Shown one piece after another: positions 53,976 to 64,000 of a DNA stretch of 64,000 nucleotides; position 1 is the first letter of the stretch, and each line of letters starts with the position of its first letter. This DNA is from Escherichia phage EcWhh-1. A model generated the notes under the pieces. That model did not search any database and had not been told where the DNA came from. It saw only the letters and a program-made list of their open reading frames with translations. Both the position numbers and the translations under genes were made by a program. The stretch is from the sequence record MH791409.1, one strand, 5' to 3'.

Positions 53976-54640
53976 TGACTTTAACTGAAATGAAAAGCGG
54001 GTTAAAATCCCGCTTAGCTGACTATTTGGAATTATCTTACACCAGTGACAAGCCTACTGCTGTTGCTGACCAACGACCTATCGGTGGCCCTTCTGCAAAC
54101 CAAACCCAGAAGGGTGTTTATTTTCCTACAGTCCAAAGTGCAATAGATGATATTGCATTTAGAACAGAGCTTCCTGTGAACTCTGTTATTATTACCACAG
54201 AAAACAGAGCACCTGGATTTATCCAACAATCTGATAAAATTACATTTACCGGTTCTATTTCTTCAGGCGGCGAACTTGGCGACCCGGTTATTATTAAAGT
54301 GTTTGGACTTCCTGTAGAGGTCTTAGTTGGTGATTCATCTGTATTGGTTGCATCTAAAGTAAATGATGTATTTTTAGACGCCATTGCTAATAGCTATATT
54401 TTAGCCGAAACGGCTATTGACGCCTTAGACCAATCTACCTTGAATATTAAATACAATGACTATCAGAATCATATTTTTTCACCATATAAACAATCGGGTT
54501 GTACAATTTCCCATACTATAGTCCAGCAGCCAAGGGCCGGATATGGTAAGTGGGAATACTTAGGTAACTCTACCCAATCGTTAGCAGGTGGTACAGTTAA
54601 CGGCACGATTCCTTTATATTACTATAAGAGATTATATTAA
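53975..54640 (+). CDS. 11: Baseplate wedge/short-tail-fibre connector gp11
   Basis: 221 aa; conserved order; TAATG coupling. Confidence 0.9.
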   Translation: MTLTEMKSGLKSRLADYLELSYTSDKPTAVADQRPIGGPSANQTQKGVYFPTVQSAIDDIAFRTELPVNSVIITTENRAPGFIQQSDKITFTGSISSGGELGDPVIIKVFGLPVEVLVGDSSVLVASKVNDVFLDAIANSYILAETAIDALDQSTLNIKYNDYQNHIFSPYKQSGCTISHTIVQQPRAGYGKWEYLGNSTQSLAGGTVNGTIPLYYYKRLY

Positions 54641-56166
54641 TGTCAACAAACACACTAAAACACATTAGTGATAAATCGGAATTCAAATCATTCGACCCTA
54701 CTGGGTCGAATTTCCCGCCTGATATTACTAATGTTCAAGAAGCATTGGCGGCTATTTCATTAATCGGTGTCACTGGTAATGTTCCTTCAGCCACAGAAAC
54801 ATCCCAAGGTATTATTCGTCTTGCCACAACACAAGAAGTAATGGATGGGTTGGATGCTTATAGTGCAGTGACCCCTGCAACTTTAAAAGCACGTTTAGAT
54901 ATTCCTACTCAGGCAACAGAAACTTATATAGGTATTACCCGTTATGCTACTAACGCTGAAGCTATAGCAGGTACAGAGCCCCAGGCTGCAATCGTAGCAA
55001 CCTCTTTGAAAGCGGTAATGGATTATACATTTGAGAACCGTTTATCAACAGAGAACACTACAGGCGTTATCAAGATTTCAACTACACCTGCCGCATTAGC
55101 TGGTACCGATGATACCACAGCAATGACCCCACTTAAAGTATCGCAAGCAATTGGCGCGGCCACAGCAGCGTTACCGGTTTATTCTACGGCAACGACTACA
55201 AATGAAGGTTTAGTTCGTTTAGCGACTAATGCTGAAGTTGGCAATGGAAGTCTTTCGGTAGGTATTGCTATTTCTCCAGCCGGATTAGCCACATTAACTT
55301 CCACCGAAGCCAGAAGTGGTATTATTAAACTCGCAGGTTGGGATATGGTATCTAATGGTACTGACCATACTGCCGCTGTTACTCCGGCATCTTTGCTAGC
55401 TCGTACAGGTAATACAGGGCGAATTGGCTTGGTGCGTTTAACTACTACAGTTGGACAAGGCGATGGTAATACGGCCCTGGCTTATAATGCTAACGTTATT
55501 TCTACTTCAGGTGGTGAAATATGGGGTACTTTAAACGTTAATGGCGCATTACGTCGTAATGGTGTTGATGTTGTTACCCACGACCAATTATCAGATAGCG
55601 TTCCGGTAGGTACTATTTGTATGTGGGGTGGACATGAAGGTAATATCCCAGGCAAATGGCGAGCTTGTGTAGGTGGGACTTATACTGGTGGTGCATATTT
55701 AAATGCTGTTGGCGGACGTTGGGGATGGTGGGGTGCTATTCCAGATTTCCGTGGATTATATCCTCGCGGTGCTAACATGGTTGGTGGATATTCTGAAGGT
55801 GAAGTTAACCCACATATTGCCGGTAACCGAGGAGAAGACGGTAAAGGTAAAGCCCGTTTAGGTAACGGTGTAGGTTCGTTCCCACAATCTTCTGTTCAAG
55901 CCCAAGCATTACGTTATCATAAACACGCCGGTGGTTTTGGTGAACATGATAACTATGGTGCTTTTGGTAACACTGCTAACTCTGGGTATGTTGGTACTCG
56001 TAAAGGACTTGACTGGGATAACCGTAGTTATTATACTAACGAAGGGTTTGAGACCACTGAACCTTGGAACCGTGATGGCCATACCACACTGAATAGTGAA
56101 GGACTTATTGCAAATGAAACACGTCCTTGGACAATGTCCGTTCTTTTTATTATTAAAGTAGAATAA
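54640..56166 (+). CDS. 12: Short tail fibre gp12
   Basis: 508 aa; repeated ...ATTQEVMDGLDAYSAVTPATLKA / TRYATNAEAIAGTEPQAAIVATSLKA / GVIKISTTPAALAGTDDTTAMTPLKV units. Confidence 0.9.
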   Translation: MSTNTLKHISDKSEFKSFDPTGSNFPPDITNVQEALAAISLIGVTGNVPSATETSQGIIRLATTQEVMDGLDAYSAVTPATLKARLDIPTQATETYIGITRYATNAEAIAGTEPQAAIVATSLKAVMDYTFENRLSTENTTGVIKISTTPAALAGTDDTTAMTPLKVSQAIGAATAALPVYSTATTTNEGLVRLATNAEVGNGSLSVGIAISPAGLATLTSTEARSGIIKLAGWDMVSNGTDHTAAVTPASLLARTGNTGRIGLVRLTTTVGQGDGNTALAYNANVISTSGGEIWGTLNVNGALRRNGVDVVTHDQLSDSVPVGTICMWGGHEGNIPGKWRACVGGTYTGGAYLNAVGGRWGWWGAIPDFRGLYPRGANMVGGYSEGEVNPHIAGNRGEDGKGKARLGNGVGSFPQSSVQAQALRYHKHAGGFGEHDNYGAFGNTANSGYVGTRKGLDWDNRSYYTNEGFETTEPWNRDGHTTLNSEGLIANETRPWTMSVLFIIKVE

Positions 56167-56175
56167 GGGTAAAAA

Positions 56176-58482
56176 ATGATTAACAAATTGGAACTTAGTG
56201 AGTTACCATTTGTTGACGGCGTACCTGATGCTCCTCAAAAGCGTATCCAATGGATACGCGAGGGTGATTGTATGTCTGCAGCAAAAACAAAATACGGCAA
56301 TGAAGGTAATTTGAACGCTGCTGCTTTAGGAGTTCAGAAAAACGTAGAAGCTCTTGATGCCAACGATTTAAAAACTGCTGATAAAGTTAATGAGCTTATA
56401 GAAAACGTTAATAATATCAATGACGCTTTAGAAATGTCAACAGATATTTCTATCATTCAACAAATAGAGAAAAACCGTGTTGATATTGTAGACCTTAAAA
56501 AAGTCACCGAAGATACAACAGAAAAATTGGACACCTTAACAACCAATTTTGATTTCTTGCGTGAAGATGTTGGATACCATGACCCTTTACAAGACGGGCC
56601 ATATTTAACTGTACGTGAAAATATTGTTCTTCTTAAAAATGAAATTGGTCACTATGAGGACCAGGATATAAACGGTAATCCTTTACCTCCAGGTGAAACT
56701 AGTGAAGCCACTGGTATAAAACGCCGCATCATGGATAATACCACTGAATTGGTGGACCATCGTCTTCGTATTGATACCCTTGAAAGAAACTATGAAGATT
56801 CTGATGTTGGGCAATTAGGTATTAAACTAAATGAAATTCGTGCCGAATTAGGACCACATTCTGATACGGTAGGTAAACAACCCGCTTACACCCGAATTTC
56901 AGTATTAGAAACGGCTGCAGTTAATTTTAATACGGCTATTGACGAAATTAAGGATAATATTGATTTCTCTGGTATGCCTATAAAGGACCGAGTAACTACT
57001 TTAGAAAGCAAAACCTTTACCTTAGAAAATTCAGTTAACGTTGATTTAAAACCTAGAGTAACTTCTATAGAAACTCAAATCGGTTCCGAGTCTGCACCAG
57101 CATCTATTAATGGACGTTTAAGTGGGCTTCGTACCGATGTAAATGATTTAAAAACCGTTGTTGGTAATAGTTCTAGTGAAGGGCTTCGTTTCCAGGTTTC
57201 CGATATTAATCGACGCCTTGGTAGTGAAGTGTCTCCTGCTGCTGGCACAATTAATAAGCGTTTGAATGATGTTATTATTCAAGCAAACCAATCTACCTCG
57301 TCCATCCAGGATATTCAGGTAGAAATTGGTAACAACCAATCTGGTATTAAGGGTACTTTACTTAAACTCACCGATAAGGTTGACGGGACGAACCCTAACG
57401 GAGCTACCGTAGAAGAACGTGGTCTTATTAATGCGGTTACTTCTTTAGAAACCCAGATTCAAGGTAAATTAGGTGATGCACCTTCTGATGGTAAACTCTA
57501 TGCACGTCGAAATGCGGCATGGGCTGAAGTTGTTAATAATTCCACAGAAATAGAAACCGTTAAAGCCGATTTAGTTGTTACCGACGGTAAAGTGACCGCT
57601 TTAACTTCCAGAGTAGATGGTAATGATACCTCAATTTCTTCTCTTGATACTCGTACCGGTGCATTAAACACTTCGGTTGGCGAGATTAAAGCTGATATAG
57701 TTTCTATAAAGGCTAAAGATGATGAACAGGATGGTCGTTTAACAGCACTTGAATCTAGTGATGTGACCATTAACGGTAAAATTGCTGCTCTTGAAACTAA
57801 GACAGATACCACTGATGATGATGTCACAGCACTAGCTTTAGACGTTTCTTCTTTAGAGAACCAATTGACTCCTATAAAAGCCGATATTACCAAAAACAAA
57901 GGTGATATTGTTGCCTTAACTGGTCGAGTGGCTTCTACTGAAGGCGAAATTAATGCAATTAAAGTTGATACAGCCAAAATTGCTCCTTTAACAACTAGAG
58001 TTACTACGGCAGAAGGTAAAATCACTACTTTAGAAACAGGGCTTGCCTCTGTTAAAGTCGAATCCGATAAGGTAGCAGGTATTAATACCCGCCTTAGCAC
58101 TGCAGAAGGTGACATCGGAACACTTAAAACAGGGTTGGCTGAAGTTAAGGGTGAATCCGATAAAGTAGCAGCTATAGATACCCGTTTGGGTGTTGTTGAA
58201 GTTGAATCAGGTAAAGTAGCAGGAATCGATGCTCGTTTGGGTGATGTTGAAGGCGAAGTTAGTACTCTTGAAACAGGTTTGGCTGCAGTTAAAGTTGAAT
58301 CTGATAAAGTTGCTGACTTAGGAACCCGTTTAACCGCTGCCGAAGGTAAAATTACAGCCTTAGAAACAGAATTATCTAAACGTCCACCGGTGGCTCCTGC
58401 CGCAGACGGACTTCCGTATGTTCTGGTTGATAACGCATGGGTATTATTGTCTGATTTTGTGACTTTAAACTCAGCACCATAA
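56176..58482 (+). CDS. wac: Fibritin (whisker antigen control) with C-terminal foldon-like domain
   Basis: 768 aa coiled coil; C-terminus ADGLPYVLVDNAWVLLSDF resembles T4 foldon; longer than T4 Wac. Confidence 0.85.
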   Translation: MINKLELSELPFVDGVPDAPQKRIQWIREGDCMSAAKTKYGNEGNLNAAALGVQKNVEALDANDLKTADKVNELIENVNNINDALEMSTDISIIQQIEKNRVDIVDLKKVTEDTTEKLDTLTTNFDFLREDVGYHDPLQDGPYLTVRENIVLLKNEIGHYEDQDINGNPLPPGETSEATGIKRRIMDNTTELVDHRLRIDTLERNYEDSDVGQLGIKLNEIRAELGPHSDTVGKQPAYTRISVLETAAVNFNTAIDEIKDNIDFSGMPIKDRVTTLESKTFTLENSVNVDLKPRVTSIETQIGSESAPASINGRLSGLRTDVNDLKTVVGNSSSEGLRFQVSDINRRLGSEVSPAAGTINKRLNDVIIQANQSTSSIQDIQVEIGNNQSGIKGTLLKLTDKVDGTNPNGATVEERGLINAVTSLETQIQGKLGDAPSDGKLYARRNAAWAEVVNNSTEIETVKADLVVTDGKVTALTSRVDGNDTSISSLDTRTGALNTSVGEIKADIVSIKAKDDEQDGRLTALESSDVTINGKIAALETKTDTTDDDVTALALDVSSLENQLTPIKADITKNKGDIVALTGRVASTEGEINAIKVDTAKIAPLTTRVTTAEGKITTLETGLASVKVESDKVAGINTRLSTAEGDIGTLKTGLAEVKGESDKVAAIDTRLGVVEVESGKVAGIDARLGDVEGEVSTLETGLAAVKVESDKVADLGTRLTAAEGKITALETELSKRPPVAPAADGLPYVLVDNAWVLLSDFVTLNSAP
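58046..58330 (+). repeat. Imperfect tandem coding repeats inside wac (ESDKVA-type units)
   Basis: motif GAATC[C/A/T]G[A/G]TAA[A/G]GT[A/T]GC recurs near 58064, 58154, 58204, 58297. Confidence 0.4.
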
Positions 58483-58487
58483 TAAAA

Positions 58488-58506
58488 GGGCTTCGGCCCT
58501 TTTTTG
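58488..58506 (+). terminator. Rho-independent terminator GGGC-TTCG-GCCC + T6 after wac
   Basis: AAAAGGGCTTCGGCCCTTTTTTG. Confidence 0.55.
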
Positions 58507-58507
58507 C

Positions 58508-58515
58508 TATAAATA
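58508..58515 (+). promoter_or_regulatory. Late promoter TATAAATA for gene 13
   Basis: exact TATAAATA 22 nt upstream of ATG 58537. Confidence 0.6.
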
Positions 58516-58536
58516 CGGTTATTAGAGGAATAAAAC

Positions 58537-59472
58537 ATGGCAAGTGAATCATATAACCCTAAGCAACTCAAGGACGCTATTCTGCGTCGCCTGGGTGCGC
58601 CGATTACAAATATTGAAGTAACTACTGACCAAGTATATGATTGCATCCAGCGGGCTCTAGAGCTCTACGGCGAATACCATTATAACGGGTATAACAAAGG
58701 TTATCAGGCTTTTTATATTGGCCATGACGATGAAGAAAAATTCCGTAATGGCGTATTCGACCTTAAAGGACGTAATATATTTGCAGTAACACAAATTTTG
58801 AGAACTAACGTTGGCTCTTTAACATCTATGGACGGGCAAGCAACTTATCCATGGTTTACAGATTTTGTACTAGGTTTGGCAGGTATTAATGGTGGTCTTG
58901 GGTCTTCATGTAATAGTTTTGGACCTAATGCCTTCGGCGCCGACCTTGGCTATTTTACACAATTAATGCAATATCGTTCTATGATGCAGGACCTTTTGGT
59001 TCCGCTGCCTGATTATTGGTATAATGATGCCACTGAACAATTGAAGGTAATGGGCAACTTTGTTAAAGGCGACTTTATTGTAATTGAAGTTTATACCCGT
59101 TCATTTAATGGCGTTGATTCCATGGTCGGGAATACAGCAGGATATGGATATGCTTCTGGTGGCTGTGACGAAAATGAATGGAGTCCTGGGGCTATTTGGG
59201 ACAATCCTGCACGCCGAATTTCAGGAATGAGAGCTGGTGAGGACCTTGGACTACAAGATGGTGCGTATAATAACCGTTGGGTCAAAGATTACGCTACGGC
59301 ATTAGTTAAAGAGGTCAATGGTAATATTTTAGCCAAACACCAAGGTATGCAATTAGCAGGCGGAACCACTGTAGATGGCATTCGATTGATTGAAGAAGCT
59401 CGTTTAGAAAAAGAACGTCTTCGCGAAGAATTAGATTTGCTCGACCCACCAACACCTATTTTAATTGGATAA
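58537..59472 (+). CDS. 13: Neck protein gp13
   Basis: 311 aa; conserved position; late promoter upstream. Confidence 0.9.
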   Translation: MASESYNPKQLKDAILRRLGAPITNIEVTTDQVYDCIQRALELYGEYHYNGYNKGYQAFYIGHDDEEKFRNGVFDLKGRNIFAVTQILRTNVGSLTSMDGQATYPWFTDFVLGLAGINGGLGSSCNSFGPNAFGADLGYFTQLMQYRSMMQDLLVPLPDYWYNDATEQLKVMGNFVKGDFIVIEVYTRSFNGVDSMVGNTAGYGYASGGCDENEWSPGAIWDNPARRISGMRAGEDLGLQDGAYNNRWVKDYATALVKEVNGNILAKHQGMQLAGGTTVDGIRLIEEARLEKERLREELDLLDPPTPILIG

Positions 59473-59474
59473 TT

Positions 59475-60248
59475 ATGGCTACTTTCGATTCGAGTTTATT
59501 TGCTAAGCTGGAAAATAACACCGGTTATGCTAACACGAACGAAACTGAAATAATGAACCCTTTCGTCAACTTTTATCGCCATGAGAACACTCAAACATTG
59601 GCCGATGCTTTAGTTGCTGAGTCTATTCAAATGCGTGGTATCGAGCTTTATTATATACCACGCGAATACGTTAATCCTGACCAGCTATTTGGCGAAGACC
59701 TTCAGAACAAATTTACTAAAGCCTGGAAGTTTGCAGGTTATTTGGATTCCTTTGAAGGTTATTCCGGTGACAATACTTATTTCAGTAAGTTCGGTATGAT
59801 GGTTAATGATGAGGTAACAATCACAATTAACCCTAACCTTTTTAAACATCAATGCAACGGCACTGAACCTGTTTCAGGTGATTTGATTTATTTCCCAATG
59901 GACAACAGCCTATTTGAAATTAACTGGGTTCAACCTTACGACCCATTCTATCAAGTCGGTACAAACGTCCAGCGTCGCATTACTGCTACCAAGTTCATTT
60001 ATAATGGTGAAGAACTTCGTCCTGAATTACAGAGAAATGAAGGCATTAATATTCCTGAATTCAGTGAGCTTGATTTAATGCCTGTTAAGAATATTGATGG
60101 GTTGGCTGATATCTCTGATATCCAATATGAAGAGGTTAATGAGATTAATGCTGAAGCGGCGGAATTCGTACACCCTTATGTAGTGATTAACGGTAGAGGA
60201 GAAGATGCTCCTCCTACAGCATTTGATGATGCTTTTTTAGATGATTAA
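59475..60248 (+). CDS. 14: Neck protein gp14
   Basis: 257 aa; conserved position. Confidence 0.9.
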   Translation: MATFDSSLFAKLENNTGYANTNETEIMNPFVNFYRHENTQTLADALVAESIQMRGIELYYIPREYVNPDQLFGEDLQNKFTKAWKFAGYLDSFEGYSGDNTYFSKFGMMVNDEVTITINPNLFKHQCNGTEPVSGDLIYFPMDNSLFEINWVQPYDPFYQVGTNVQRRITATKFIYNGEELRPELQRNEGINIPEFSELDLMPVKNIDGLADISDIQYEEVNEINAEAAEFVHPYVVINGRGEDAPPTAFDDAFLDD

Positions 60249-60256
60249 ATAATACA

Positions 60257-60277
60257 TGGCGCATCCCGCGCCATTTT
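60257..60277 (+). terminator. Terminator-like hairpin TGGCGC-ATCCC-GCGCCA + TTTT
   Basis: between gp14 stop and gp15 SD. Confidence 0.5.
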
Positions 60278-60287
60278 AGGAGGTTTG

Positions 60288-61150
60288 ATGTTTGGACATT
60301 GGTATAATAGTTCGCTACGTCGCTATATTGTTTTGATGGGTGATTTATTTTCCCATGTTCAAGTAGCACGTCAAAGAGAAGATACAGGGCTTAAATTTAT
60401 TAAGGTTCCTATTACGTATGCTTCTAAAGAAAGATTTATGGCTAATTTAGGTAAATGGACGGCAGTACAGAATATCCCAAATCCTAATATGACGCCAAAA
60501 GAAAGGGCTGAACAAAAAGCTAAGGTGGAAACTGTTCTTCCACGTATGAACCTCCAAATGGTTGACATGCTTTATAACTCACAATACAAAACAGCTCTTC
60601 AAAATAGAACACAAATTCAATTTGAGAATGGGGACCCTCGGAAACGAGTCAGCCAATATTCTCCTACTCCAGTAAAAATGATTTTTGAACTGGGTATTTA
60701 CACTAGAACTCAAGATGATATGTTCCAGATTGTGGAACAAATTATGCCGTATTTCCAACCTCACTTTAATACAACAATTACCGAACTCTATACAAACGAA
60801 ATTAAATTTGACCGTGATATTCGTATTGTGTTCCAATCTATAGCAATGGACGAACAATTAGAAGGCGATACCACTTCACGTCGTCGCTTGGAATGGTCTA
60901 TGATGTTTGAGGTTAACGGATGGCTATATCCTCCTGTTAAAGAAATGGAAGGCGAAATCAAAACCATTTATCTTGATTTCTTTGCCAACTCTAAAGAACT
61001 CGCTCCTGAGGGTAATTTTGAATCGGTTGATAGCGAAGTAGTTCCTAGAGGTGTAGAAGAAAAAGAATGGGACGGTAAATCCATTCAAACATATTCACAA
61101 GATATTCCGGTGCCTGTTGAACCAGAACCTCCAGCACCAAGGAGAAACCC

Positions 61151-61154
<4 letters not shown>
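60288..61154 (+). CDS. 15: Tail sheath stabiliser/terminator gp15
   Basis: [21 protein letters not shown]...[40 protein letters not shown] matches T4 gp15; SD TAGGAGG. Confidence 0.88.
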
Positions 61155-63464
<2,310 letters not shown>

Positions 63465-63493
63465 ACAATAAAGCATAACCAAGAGGATTCAAA

Positions 63494-64000
63494 ATGGCTT
63501 TATTATCACCGGGCATTGAGCTCAAAGAAACGTCCGTACAGAGTACTGTCGTTCGTAACGCAACGGGTCGTGCAGCGCTGGTTGGTAAATTCCAGTGGGG
63601 CCCTGCTTTCCAGGTAACTCAGATTACCAATGAAGTTGAACTGGTTGATTTGTTTGGAGGTCCTAATAACGAAGTAGCAGATTACTTTATGTCTGGTATG
63701 AACTTCCTCCAGTATGGTAATGACCTTCGTACAGTTCGTGTCGTTAGTCGCGAATTTGCTAAAAACGCATCTCCTATCGCTGGTAATATTGAAACCACTA
63801 TTACTACGGCTGGTTCCAACTATGCTGTAGGCGATAAAATTAATATTAAATATAACCAAACTGTAGTCGAATCTGAAGGTCGTGTGACTTCTGTAGATAC
63901 AGACGGTAAAATTCTTTCTGTGTTTATTCCGTCAGCAAAAATTATTGCTTACGCCCGTTCTTTAAACCAGTATCCTACCCTAGGCCCGGCTTGGACTGCT
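63494..64000 (+). CDS. 18: Tail sheath protein gp18, N-terminal part (continues beyond window)
   Basis: MALLSPGIELKETSVQSTVVRNATGRAALVGKFQWGPAF...FMSGMNFLQYGNDLR matches T4 gp18 N-terminus; SD AAGAGGA. Confidence 0.92.
   Translation, partial: MALLSPGIELKETSVQSTVVRNATGRAALVGKFQWGPAFQVTQITNEVELVDLFGGPNNEVADYFMSGMNFLQYGNDLRTVRVVSREFAKNASPIAGNIETTITTAGSNYAVGDKINIKYNQTVVESEGRVTSVDTDGKILSVFIPSAKIIAYARSLNQYPTLGPAWTA

Noticed and set aside
57498-58646. 382-aa minus-strand ORF (S/T/A/P-rich) antisense to wac
   Set aside because: Lies entirely inside the repeat-rich fibritin coding region and is low-complexity; an artefact of repetitive coiled-coil coding DNA.
63506-63859. 117-aa minus-strand ORF
   Set aside because: Antisense to the well-supported gp18 N-terminal coding region.

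Overview
This window is a segment of a T4-like (Tevenvirinae-type) myovirus genome. Bases 1-41939 are a minus-strand early/middle region that runs, in transcription order (high to low coordinates), 4-2-3-1-57A-57B, internal-protein genes, two tRNAs, e/nudE, denV, regB, tk, rI, nrdC, 49, 55, 47, 46. Bases 41986-64000 are the plus-strand late structural module 53-5-5.4-6-7-8-9-10-11-12-wac-13-14-15-16-17-18, with gene 18 cut by the window end and gene 46 cut by the window start. Named calls rest on my recognition of T4 protein sequences and motifs; no database search was run. The early region is packed with small translationally coupled ORFs (ATGA/TAATG overlaps) and with a repeated promoter-in-stem-loop cassette (GTTTAC/GTGTAC, 17 bp, TACTAT/TATTAT, then TAGACCTATCAAC) that resembles the PeSL elements described in T4-type phages. 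Relative to T4, no a-gt lies between 47 and 55 and no nrdD/nrdG lies between 55 and 49. The most unusual content is a tandem array of five small paralogous genes (30210-31452) that all end in a W-[VFY]-[SP]-S-S-x-Cys carboxy-terminus, which I do not recognise as a described family. Other accessory candidates are six genes carrying the T4 capsid-targeting leader MKTYxEF[IL]xE, a macro-domain protein, a Pol-beta-type nucleotidyltransferase-like protein next to a P-loop ATPase, and a zinc-finger PD-(D/E)xK nuclease gene wedged between two tRNA genes. ORF-track coordinates include the stop codon; several starts were moved to internal ATGs with a Shine-Dalgarno sequence.
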